A DNA stretch of 64,000 nucleotides, taken from NCBI GenBank assembly GCA_049580385.1, contig JBAUPV010000020.1, positions 13,366-77,365 on the forward strand, in the 5' to 3' direction. A program made the position numbers and the translations under genes. The stretch's first letter is position 1. Each line of letters starts with the position of its first letter. This document shows positions 8,691 through 17,700 of this stretch, piece after piece. The DNA is from Desulfobaccales bacterium (GTDB lineage Bacteria; Desulfobacterota; Desulfobaccia; Desulfobaccales; 0-14-0-80-60-11). Below the pieces are notes generated by a model. The model was not told the origin of the DNA, did not search any database, and saw nothing but the letters and a program-made list of their open reading frames with translations.

Positions 8691-9329
8691 ATGAATCCAT
8701 ACACCGTCATCCTGGCCGATGATCATGCCATGTTCAGAGAAGGGGTAAGAAGGATCGTCGAACGGATTGAGGATCTATCCATAATCTGTGAAGTCAACGA
8801 TGGGCTCGAACTGCTAGACGTCCTAAAAGGGTCCCGCCCTGATCTAATCATCCTCGACATTTCGATGCCAAATCTGCGCGGTTTGGAGGCCATCAGGGAA
8901 ATTAAGAAGATTTATCCAAAAGTAAAAGTTTTAGTATTGACTATGCATAAGAAACGAGAATTTGTCCAACAGGCATTGAGAGATGGCGCCGATGGTTTTC
9001 TGCTCAAAGAAGATGCAGGTGGCGAACTTATCCGGGCAGTGCAAACCATCAGAAATGGTGAAAAGTATCTCTCTTCTCTACTTTCCAGTGTTCTAACTAG
9101 TATAGCTTTAGAGAAAGAAGAACCTGAGATTTTAACGAGGCGGGAAAAAGAAGTTTTAAAACTTGTAGCGGAAGGTAAAAAAACCAGGGAAATCGCCGAA
9201 GCTTTGTACATCAGTCCTAACACAGTGCGCCGGCACCGCTATAACGTCATGGAAAAGCTGAAGATCAAGAGACTGGCCGATTTGGTAAAGTATGCTATAT
9301 CTCAGAATTATATTCTCGACCAGCCTTAA
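8691..9329 (+). CDS. NarL/FixJ-family response regulator (REC + LuxR-type HTH)
   Basis: MNPYTVILADDH..., phospho-acceptor context LIILDISMP, and LuxR HTH REKEVLKLVAEGKKTREIAEALYISPNTVRRHRYNVMEKL. The start lies 1 nt after the kinase stop. Confidence 0.92.
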   Translation: MNPYTVILADDHAMFREGVRRIVERIEDLSIICEVNDGLELLDVLKGSRPDLIILDISMPNLRGLEAIREIKKIYPKVKVLVLTMHKKREFVQQALRDGADGFLLKEDAGGELIRAVQTIRNGEKYLSSLLSSVLTSIALEKEEPEILTRREKEVLKLVAEGKKTREIAEALYISPNTVRRHRYNVMEKLKIKRLADLVKYAISQNYILDQP

Positions 9330-9436
9330 CCTCTCCGAGCCTAATCAATACCCAACAGGGAAATGATCTCCCGCGCCGGGTCCAATCACGCATTTTTGCC
9401 TCAAAAATGTCATTCTGAGCCCCGCGAAAAACCCCT

Positions 9437-9484
9437 ATATGGTCATTGTGACCATATAAAAATCATCATTTAGGATTATATACT
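9437..9484 (+). promoter_or_regulatory. Copy 2 of the palindromic operator/promoter block
   Basis: ATATGGTCATTGTGACCATAT at 9437-9457 and TATACT at 9479-9484. About 45 of 48 positions are identical to copy 1. Confidence 0.5.
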
Positions 9485-9490
9485 GCTTTT

Positions 9491-9592
9491 TTTTAATGCA
9501 TATAATAGATTCAGATTAGGGTTCCCCCATGAGTCCCTAAATCCATGTTTCCTCCTTGGCTGGCTGAGACTCCCCTCTCAGCCAGTTTTTTT
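9491..9592 (+). ncRNA. Candidate small RNA or terminated leader, paralogue A (about 100 nt)
   Basis: The start is predicted about 7 nt after TATACT. Internal hairpin TTAGGG(9516-9521)/CCCTAA(9535-9540). CCTCC at 9551-9555. Intrinsic terminator GGCTGGCTGAGA-ctcccc-TCTCAGCCAG plus T7. No ORF longer than a few codons. Confidence 0.5.
9558..9592 (+). terminator. Rho-independent terminator
   Basis: A GC-rich stem of about 11 bp (GCTGGCTGAGA / TCTCAGCCAGT) followed by TTTTTTT. Confidence 0.8.
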
Positions 9593-9709
9593 ATCAAGAA
9601 AATTTATCTGGGTATTTTTGAGACTCAGCTTGTAATCTTTTAAATCTGGTAACCAAGTCAGTGGCTTAACTATGGCTTGCACTGTATTCATTAGTGGAGG
9701 ATAACTGCC

Positions 9710-10075
9710 ATGAAAATACGGGATTTGAAATGGAAAAGCCTTTCTATGTGGCCCCCGGAATGGTCGGTGTCAGACTATCAGGCAGGAGAAGAAGGGTTTC
9801 TGGAAGACGTTCAGCTGCACCATGAATTATCAGCAAGGGTTATATCTATTAAAGCCAATCATCTTGGGAACTGCAGGAAAGGCATTATGATGCTGGAAGA
9901 TCCTGCCCAGCTTGAACTCGTCTTTGAAAAACTACGAGAAAACCTAGGAAGGCCACTATCCGAAATAAGTGATTTGGAAATAAATTTCACTCCAGTCCCG
10001 CAGAAATATGGCATGAAGCAAGCCCGGCCTAACTCCTCAGCCAGGAATATAAAGCGAGTAGTTAATAGGAAGTGA
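9710..10075 (+). CDS. Hypothetical protein (121 aa)
   Basis: GGAGG lies 7 nt before ATG 9710. MKIRDLKWKSLSMWPPEWSVSDYQAGEEGFLEDVQLHHELSARVISIKANHLGNCRKGIMMLEDPAQLELVFEKLRENLG.... I recognise no family. Confidence 0.6.
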   Translation: MKIRDLKWKSLSMWPPEWSVSDYQAGEEGFLEDVQLHHELSARVISIKANHLGNCRKGIMMLEDPAQLELVFEKLRENLGRPLSEISDLEINFTPVPQKYGMKQARPNSSARNIKRVVNRK

Positions 10076-10346
10076 AACCAGTTGACAATAGCCGCAGATT
10101 GGTTTGTGTTTCCTGTTTCCGTTAGCCAGCCGCCGTTTCCCAACACCTCCGATGAGCTAATTGGGGGATCAAAGTCGGGGAAAGAGCTGCTTGCCCTGCC
10201 GAGAGGTGGTAGTCTGCGAGCCAAGGAGGTGGTATATTCGGGATTGAATCCGTGGGGGGGGAGCCTAAGACCATTGAATGACAGGGATAACCAAGGCTGC
10301 CGGATAAAATTTCGGCTCAGACATTATTGACTACCCGAGTCTTCCA

Positions 10347-10394
10347 ATATGGTCATTGTGGCCATATAAAAATCATCATTTAGGATTATATACT
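10347..10394 (+). promoter_or_regulatory. Copy 3 of the palindromic operator/promoter block (one mismatch in the right half-site)
   Basis: ATATGGTCATTGTGGCCATAT at 10347-10367 and TATACT at 10389-10394. Confidence 0.5.
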
Positions 10395-10400
10395 GCTTTT

Positions 10401-10506
10401 TTTTAATGCTTATAGTTGAATCAGATTAAGGTGCCTCCGTTTGCCTTAATCCAGAGTCTATGGTTGGCTGGCTGAGACTACCCCGGTCTCAGCCAGTTTT
10501 ATTTTT
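10401..10506 (+). ncRNA. Candidate small RNA, paralogue B (about 105 nt)
   Basis: The 5' 20 nt match paralogue A (ctgcttttttttaatgc). Perfect 8-bp hairpin GATTAAGG(10424-10431)/CCTTAATC(10444-10451) with CCTCC (10434-10438) in the loop. Terminator at 10466-10506. No downstream + strand gene. Confidence 0.5.
10466..10506 (+). terminator. Rho-independent terminator
   Basis: GGCTGGCTGAGAC-taccccg-GTCTCAGCCAG followed by TTTTATTTTT. Confidence 0.8.
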
Positions 10507-10661
10507 GCCCTAATTCACTTGGTACAACTACTGGGGGACAGAGCCGCATAGCAGATAGCGGCATTTTAGGATGTGCTCCTGGCAATAATCTGCCAACCTC
10601 ACGCTCCGTTTTTTTGGGAGAAAAAAGAAAAAGTCGCGCCCATATCTTGCATACCCAGTTT

Positions 10662-12767
10662 TCAGATGGAGGTCACCTCTGCATGCAGCACAGTACCAAT
10701 CTTATCGACCTCTATCCAGCGGAAGTGGGGTGGGCTTTTGAAAATCGGGTCGTCACCGATCGGCCCGATGGCCGGGGTCTGGAGGATCAGGGGCCGCGAT
10801 TTATCCAGACAATCCTGCCAAGCGCGAGGATTGCATGTGTAATCCCCATAGTAGACGCTGGGTTGTTTCATCTGAGGGTCCCAGTGCAGGCAGCACTCTA
10901 GCCTCCAATGGGCATGCCCGGCGAGGACCATGGTAACGGGGCGGTACCGGTCCTCAGGGCGTCCTTCGGCGCGACCGAGACAGAGGTGCAGGAACTGGCT
11001 GAGATAATGATTAATGGACCCGTAGCGGATGTTATATTTCCCGGGCTCTAAAGGGATTTCCTGCTGGCCTTGCAGGGCGCTGTCTGCTTTAAGACGCTGT
11101 TTCTTCGAAAGGTTGATGGGCGGGGCGTGCACCCCGATAAAGACCCGGGCCGGGCCGTCAGCTATGCTCTCGCCGTGCCTGATGAGGCGAAGCAGCCCCT
11201 CCATCCAGACGATCTGGCTGTATGGATAAAACTCATTGGCGCCGAAAAAGCCCATGGAGTCGGGAGAACCGCCCAGGGTGCCAGTCTTGATGCCAATGGG
11301 GCCCAGTTTCTTGCGGCCGTCGTCCCAGAAGCGTTGCGTCCGGATACAGTCGAACCCCGTATCCAGGATGAGGAAGTAGTTTTTATCTACCCGGAAGGCG
11401 TAATTAAAATAGGGGTTTAGATTGAGAAAATAGTCTCTCAATGCCGGCCAGCCCGCTTCCAGGGCCATGAGGTCCGGGGACTTCCAGCGAACCAGCCACT
11501 TCACCAAACCGATGACCCAGTTTATCAGGCCCGAGACCCCTACGATCACTACGCCCACCCACTTTGTAGGCAGCTTAGCGCTAGTGGCTATGCCGGAGGC
11601 AAGTGGCGCCAGCACCTGCACCTTCCAGGTTGCCATCCTGGGCAGGAACCAGTCCAGCGGGTTGCCCCGAACCTTGCCATCTCGGAAAACCAGACCCCTC
11701 AGCTTATCACGCAATTTAGGTACCCATTCACCCACATCGTGAAGGAATTTGCCGCCGAGCATGACGTTGGACAGCAGCGCTCCCTCCCCGATCATCTTCT
11801 GGTAGAACTCCTTGGTCGCCTGGGTTAATTCTTCGGGATCATCGGCCCAGAAGGGGTCCAGGGCTTTGGACGACTTCTTGTCCAGTCCATAGGCCGCCGC
11901 GTTGTCCGCAGGCGGGTAAGGGAAGAACCGCCAGTCGTGATTCCCGGTGCTGGTGAATACCGGCACCTTGATTGCGGGCGTTTTCCCGCCCCGGCCCCCC
12001 TTGGCCTCAGCGCCGGTGAGGATATCGCAGAGGAGTTTCCAGTTATTCTCCCCGTAGTCATCCCGGTCGCTGTAATTGTGCTCTTTAAAATCGACGAGGT
12101 CCCCCAGCAGCAGCACGAAGTCGAGTTCTCCCCGGTCGGCCAGGTCATTCGCATGCTGAATGAAACGGCGCAGATTCTTGTTGAAGTTGACAAAGGGAAT
12201 GGGGGAGGAGGCGTTCGCATCCTTTCCGATCTTCGAGGTGGCATCGTAGAGGTCATTGCGCAGCGCCACGTGCAGGTCCGTAGCGTGGATAAAGCGGAGC
12301 ATACCTTCGGCAGGCCGCAGGGCCAGGGCGTGGAAAACTTTGAAGATCTCCTCGGCGCCCTGTTTCAACACCAGGTTATACAGGGTGATCCGAGGACCGC
12401 CGGTGATCGTCCGTTGTTGCTCCTCTGTCAGTTCTGCCGAGGGTCTGGCGGAGAACCGCACAAACCGTGCTTTGCCTGCGAAGATTGAGGCCCTGAGGGT
12501 CGTACTGATATGCCACCGGGTCTGCTCTACCCGCTCAAAGGTACGCGGCAGGCCAGGATCCGTCAGTTCATGCTGAGCTTCCTGAACCAGAGCGAACTCC
12601 TGGCCTCCCCCGAAAGACGGTTTCGCCACGATGCTGTAAACGCTCCGGGCCGCGTCGATCGGCTCCGCAATCACGACATCGATTCCATCCCGCATGAGGT
12701 CTTGCGATGAAATGATGATGGGACAGCCCAAATTAGGGCTCAGAATACGCGGGAGTTTGATGTCCAT
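10662..12767 (-). CDS. Calcineurin-like metallophosphoesterase with an internal hydrophobic (probably membrane-inserted) segment and a unique about 160-aa N-terminal domain
   Basis: The motifs appear in order: FIHATDLHV (D-x-H), LLLGDLVDF (GD-x-x-D), TSTGNHDW (GNH[D/E]) and VLAGHAHW (GH-x-H). Between them lies the hydrophobic stretch KVQVLAPLASGIATSAKLPTKWVGVVIVGVSGLINWVIGLVKWLV. It sits immediately downstream of the FadL-like gene. Confidence 0.8.
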   Translation of the reverse strand: MDIKLPRILSPNLGCPIIISSQDLMRDGIDVVIAEPIDAARSVYSIVAKPSFGGGQEFALVQEAQHELTDPGLPRTFERVEQTRWHISTTLRASIFAGKARFVRFSARPSAELTEEQQRTITGGPRITLYNLVLKQGAEEIFKVFHALALRPAEGMLRFIHATDLHVALRNDLYDATSKIGKDANASSPIPFVNFNKNLRRFIQHANDLADRGELDFVLLLGDLVDFKEHNYSDRDDYGENNWKLLCDILTGAEAKGGRGGKTPAIKVPVFTSTGNHDWRFFPYPPADNAAAYGLDKKSSKALDPFWADDPEELTQATKEFYQKMIGEGALLSNVMLGGKFLHDVGEWVPKLRDKLRGLVFRDGKVRGNPLDWFLPRMATWKVQVLAPLASGIATSAKLPTKWVGVVIVGVSGLINWVIGLVKWLVRWKSPDLMALEAGWPALRDYFLNLNPYFNYAFRVDKNYFLILDTGFDCIRTQRFWDDGRKKLGPIGIKTGTLGGSPDSMGFFGANEFYPYSQIVWMEGLLRLIRHGESIADGPARVFIGVHAPPINLSKKQRLKADSALQGQQEIPLEPGKYNIRYGSINHYLSQFLHLCLGRAEGRPEDRYRPVTMVLAGHAHWRLECCLHWDPQMKQPSVYYGDYTCNPRAWQDCLDKSRPLILQTPAIGPIGDDPIFKSPPHFRWIEVDKIGTVLHAEVTSI

Positions 12768-12943
12768 GGCCTCTCTCCTCGGTGTGTAAGATTATGTCGT
12801 CCAGAGCTTTGGGGCGCGATTCCTAGACATGGCTTCACATTCTGCGTAAGCCGCAAGGGCCACCGAAAATGGGCTCACCCGCCAGATTTTGGGCCCATAT
12901 AAGGGTTGACCCAAGGAATAGGCTTCCCGCCCAATTTGGGAGA

Positions 12944-14170
12944 CTAAAACTTATAACTCACGCTGATGACCGCCGCATGCGACACCCGGCCTTCATAGGT
13001 CGTGGGCAGAACTCCAGCGGCTTGAGATTCGTTGACGGTGTGGTCGGGCATATACACCAGGTAATAGGCCAAATCCAGGTTTATATCCTGATAGCTAAAC
13101 CCGGCTCCGAAGCAAAAGTTGTGGCGGAGGTTGGGGGTGGGCACCAGATAGTCGGCATATTTATCCGGCATGGGTTCGTCCTCCAGGGCATAGCCAGCCC
13201 GGAGAGCCAGCCACGGCAAAGCCTGGTATTCAACCCCGAACTGGCCCCTCCAGTTGTCATGCCAGTCTTCTCGAGCGGATAAAGTGCCCAGGGGGTTATC
13301 AAAACGAAAATCAAAAGTCTTTAATAAGCCCCAGCGGGTATAAACAATTCCTGCTTCCAGAGACAATTTCTGCAGGGGTCGAACCATGATTCCGGTAAAA
13401 ATTTCGTCGGGGAGGATGACGCTGCTCCGGACGTTGGCATCCAGGATATTGAAAGGCTGGAAGTACGCCGGGGAGGAGATTTGCTGCCTCACCTGGCTGC
13501 GGTAGGAGATACCTATGGAGAGATAATCGAGGGGCTTCAGCAGAAGCCCGAAATTGTAACCGAGCCCCCAGCTGTGCCCATCCAGGCTGAGGGTTTGCGG
13601 GCCTATGTACGGTAAGGGCAGCACCCGGTCCTCATCGAAATTAAAATACATAACGTCCAACCCGCCGCCGGCGGAAAGATAATCTGTTATCTTCACGGCC
13701 GCAGTGGGATTGAAGTTTACGGTTTGAATATTGGCTTTGATGACGTTGACATCACCGGGCCAGTTGTCGGGATACTTGACCCCCAGTCCGAAGGGGGAAT
13801 TAATTCCCAGCCCCAGCCAGAGCCGCTCGGCAAGCTGGTGGGAAGCAAAGAAATGGGGCACAAAAGTTGGGCCTGTTTCTAACCCGGTGAGGGTTTCTGA
13901 GGGACCGCCATAGGTGGCGATATCGGCTCGGGGAAAAAAGGTCGAAAAACCGCCCATTACCTGGGTGCCCGGGAGTTGGACCAGACCGGCGGGATTGTAG
14001 AAAATGGTGGAGAGGTCATCTGCCCGGGCCACCACCGCGCCCGCCAGGGCGCTGCTACGGGCGCCGGCCTCGAACAGGGAGAAGCCGGAGGATCCAAGAG
14101 CGGGATCAGGGAGCATCACCATCCAGCCCCAGACCGCAACCACGGCCAACCACCATCGTTTGCTCCTCAT
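12944..14170 (-). CDS. FadL/TodX/OmpP1-family outer-membrane channel for hydrophobic compounds
   Basis: Signal peptide, then the family-typical N-terminus SGFSLFEAGARSSALAGAVVARADDLSTIFYNPAGL. Alternating beta-strand pattern and a C-terminal ...AVISVSYKF. Confidence 0.88.
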   Translation of the reverse strand: MRSKRWWLAVVAVWGWMVMLPDPALGSSGFSLFEAGARSSALAGAVVARADDLSTIFYNPAGLVQLPGTQVMGGFSTFFPRADIATYGGPSETLTGLETGPTFVPHFFASHQLAERLWLGLGINSPFGLGVKYPDNWPGDVNVIKANIQTVNFNPTAAVKITDYLSAGGGLDVMYFNFDEDRVLPLPYIGPQTLSLDGHSWGLGYNFGLLLKPLDYLSIGISYRSQVRQQISSPAYFQPFNILDANVRSSVILPDEIFTGIMVRPLQKLSLEAGIVYTRWGLLKTFDFRFDNPLGTLSAREDWHDNWRGQFGVEYQALPWLALRAGYALEDEPMPDKYADYLVPTPNLRHNFCFGAGFSYQDINLDLAYYLVYMPDHTVNESQAAGVLPTTYEGRVSHAAVISVSYKF

Positions 14171-14507
14171 ATCTACGCCCCCTTAGGGTGATGGCACCGG
14201 ACCATTAAAAATATCGAATATCCAGACTCCTGGCTCGTTCTCCTTTCTCCCAATAAAGGTAAAAATGAGAAGGTTACCTGATAGTTATCTTGACTGCAGC
14301 CGCCGGGTTCGTTCTTAAATGGAGAAAAGGATCGCATCCTCTGCCGCGGACCCAACGAGGCCGCAACCAGCCCGGGATTGCAACAGAAAATCAGACTGAG
14401 GTGGGCCGTCTGGCAACACCCTATCCAACTGAGCGGCGGATGAGGGTGGCGCCAGGATCGTTTTTTTCACTTATACAGATGATGCGATATCTTTGTAAAG
14501 AAAATTT

Positions 14508-14536
14508 TTGACTTTGCTTGCACTTTTTAATATAGT
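14508..14536 (+). promoter_or_regulatory. Sigma-70-type promoter candidate for the cyclase/STAND gene
   Basis: TTGACT (14508-14513), 17-nt spacer, TATAGT (14531-14536), about 170 nt upstream of ATG 14705. Confidence 0.4.
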
Positions 14537-14704
14537 ACCTTTGCCTGGGTAGGTATTACCTAACGATATTCTAACATTGTTTCTCCCCGAACCCATGGGG
14601 TCAAAAAATTGGGTTGGGTAGGTCTCACAAAACACGCCAATCGCCGGCACGAATTTCAGCTAGTTGACATCCCTGCATCGCAAGCCTCAATTTAAGGCAA
14701 GCCG

Positions 14705-17700
14705 ATGAAATGTCCCAGTTGCCGAAGCGTCAATGAGGAGAGAGAAAAGTTCTGCAGGTCCTGCGGGGCCAAGTTGGGGGAGCCCTGCCCTGACTGCGGG
14801 ACCGTTATCTTTCCAGGTGACAAGTTTTGTACCGAGTGCGGGCGGAGGCTCTGGTCCCAAGAAGGTGTCCCCAAAATCCAGGAAGAAGTCCCAGCCGAAC
14901 GCAAGCATGTCACTGCCCTATTCGCCGATATCTCCGGCTACACCGCCATCAGTGAGCGTTTGGACCCGGAAGAATTAAAAGACCTCGTTGGCCCTCTTAT
15001 CGGGGAGATGGCCAAGGTGGTTATCGGGTATCATGGTACTATCGAGAAGTTTGCCGGGGATCAAATTATGGCCTTGTTTGGTTTTCCCCGGGCCCATGAG
15101 GATGATCCGGTACGAGCCATCAGAGCGGCGACGGAAATTCACCAGGTGGTGCGAGAGATAAGCCAGAAGGTCGCGAAGGCCTTAGGACAGCCTCTGGCTG
15201 TGCATATCGGCATCAACAGCGGACTCGCGGTAACCGGGCAGGCCGACTTCGATCACCTGACCCACCATATTGCCGGTGATGCCATCAATGTCGCCTCCCG
15301 GTTGTGCAACCTGGCCAAAGCCGGCGAAACCCTGGTGGGCCAGACCACTTATTCCCAGACGAATGGCTTTTTTTCCTTCGCACCCCTGGAGCCGATCCAG
15401 GTAAAAGGTAAGTCCAAGCCGATCCAGGTCTATCGGTTTTTAGCGCCGAAGGAGTTGCCTAAAAAGACACACGGGGTTTCCGGACTGCGGGCGGAACTGA
15501 TTGGGCGCCACAAGGAAATGGCGACGTTGGCGCAGGCGGTGGACCGGCTCCTTAAGGGAACGGGAACCTTTATCGCCATTTGCGGGGAGGCCGGCACCGG
15601 AAAAAGCAGGCTCATCGAGGAGTTCCGGGTTACCCTGGACGTCAATACGATCAATTGGATCGAGGGTAATGCCTATAACTATACCCAGAATATTTCCTAT
15701 TATCCCCTCATTGATCTACTTAATAGGGAACTGGGCATAGAGGAGAGCGATGCACCGGAAAAGGTGAGGGAAAAACTTGAGGCCCGCGTGGCTGAATTGG
15801 TTGGCGCTAGAGCAGACGTGGCGCCGTACCTTGGGAGTCTCCTTTCTCTAAATTATCCCGAGACTGTGGGGGTGAGTCCTGATTTCTGGAAGTCCAGCCT
15901 CTATCGGGCCGCCCAAGCAATCCTGGAGGCCCAGACTAAAAAAGCCCCCACCGTGATCTGCCTGGAAGACCTTCACTGGGCCGATTCCACCTTTTTGGAA
16001 TTTCTGCATTCCACCCATATGCAACAACGGGCCAGCGCCCTTACCTTGTGCACTTATCGTCCCCCTTTGAAGCTGTTTAGCAGCCAGGAAATCAGTTTGT
16101 TGGGGGAGGCCTATCAGGAGATCGAGCTCCAGGATCTCTCCTTGGAAGAGACTCAAGAGATGGTGCAGTCTATGCTGGAGACGGCCGAGATTCCGGAGGA
16201 GCTGCGACAATACCTTCAGGTGAATATGGGTGGTAATCCTTTTTACCTGGAGGAAATGCTCACCTCCATGACCGAATCGGGAACATTGCGGCGCCATGGG
16301 GGCCGCTGGCAACTCACCAGGACCATTGCCGAATCTGATATACCGCCCACCATCCACGCGGTCATTACCGGTAGGATAGATCGTCTGGAGAGCAGGACCA
16401 AGCACCTGCTCCAGGAGGCTTCGGTGCTTGGCAGAACGGTTCCTTACGAAATCCTTAAAGGAATCACCGAATACCCCGATTCCCTGGACCGGTCCCTAGC
16501 CGATCTGGAACTCCTGGACCTGGTCCGCAGAGATCCCCAGGCAGAACAGGAATATGTTTTCAAACACGCTTTGATTCAGGAAGTGGTTTATGGCAGCCTG
16601 TTAAAAAAGGATCGCCAGGCCATGCACCAGCGAATCGGCCTGGTGATGGAGCAAGTGTTCCAGGACCGGCTCCCGGAAATCTACGAAACCCTCTCCCTTC
16701 ATTTTAAGCACACTGAGCTATCTCAAAAGGCGCTTCATTATCTGATCGAGTCGGGCAGGAAAAGTCTGCAAAAGTATGCCGTGCAAGAATCCCATCGTTA
16801 CTACCAGAAGGCTTTCCAGATCCTAGTCAAAATCCGGGGGAAATCGGAAGAAGAAAAAAAGCGCCTGGTCGATTTTCTCAACGAATGGGCCAATGTATTT
16901 TACTACCGCGGTGATTTTAGAGGGTTCACCAGACTGCTGCTGGCCTATAAAGAATTGGCCGAATCTATCGAGGACAAAGCCCGTCTGGGAATCTACTATG
17001 CTTGGCTGGGCTTTGCCTTGTTCGGTTCCGGCAAGGTGCGGGAAGCTCATGGCTATTCGAGCCAAGCCCTGAAGTTGGGAGAAGAGATCGGAAGTTATCC
17101 CATCATTGGACTTGCCTATGCCAATTTGACTTGGACCTGTGCCGAATTGAAACTGCTGGACCAGGGCATTCAATACGGCATCGAGGCCGAGAAGATAGCC
17201 CGGCTATACGAATTGGAGCCCATGATCTTTTTTCAATCCCTCAGCGGCATGGGGATGATTTATCTATTTAAGGGGAACAGTGAAAAGAATTTTGAAATTG
17301 GCAGGGTGCTGCAGGAATATGGAGAAAACCGCTCCAATCTTCGGAGTATTGTGGTGGGGCATATCATCACCGGCTACGGGCATTATACGAACGGGGATTT
17401 TAACCGCGCGATTGAATGCTGCAAAAAGGCCATTGCATTGTTAAATGATCCATTATTTTCCGAATGGCCGAAGCTGTTCCTTTGCATGAACTATCTAACC
17501 AATGACCAGATAGAAGAAGCCGAGGACCTTATCCGCGAGATTCTTCCGTTTTGCGAAGATCTTGGCTTAGGATACATAGTAAGTGCGGCCCAAGTATTCC
17601 GCGGGGCCGTATTCGTTGCCCAAGGCCAACCTTCCCGGGGGATAAAAATCCTTGAAAAAGACCTGCGGATATTTGAAGATAATGGGCGATTCTACTCACT

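Noticed and set aside
9662-9690. Sigma-54-like sequence TGGCTTAACTATGGCTTGCA upstream of CDS 9710.
   Set aside because: The -12 element would be GGC rather than TGC at the correct spacing, and the alternative register fails. There is no enhancer-binding protein gene nearby.
10225-10262. tRNA-like T-arm string (GGGATTGAATCCGTGGGG).
   Set aside because: The flanking bases do not pair into a T-stem or acceptor stem, so no cloverleaf can be drawn.
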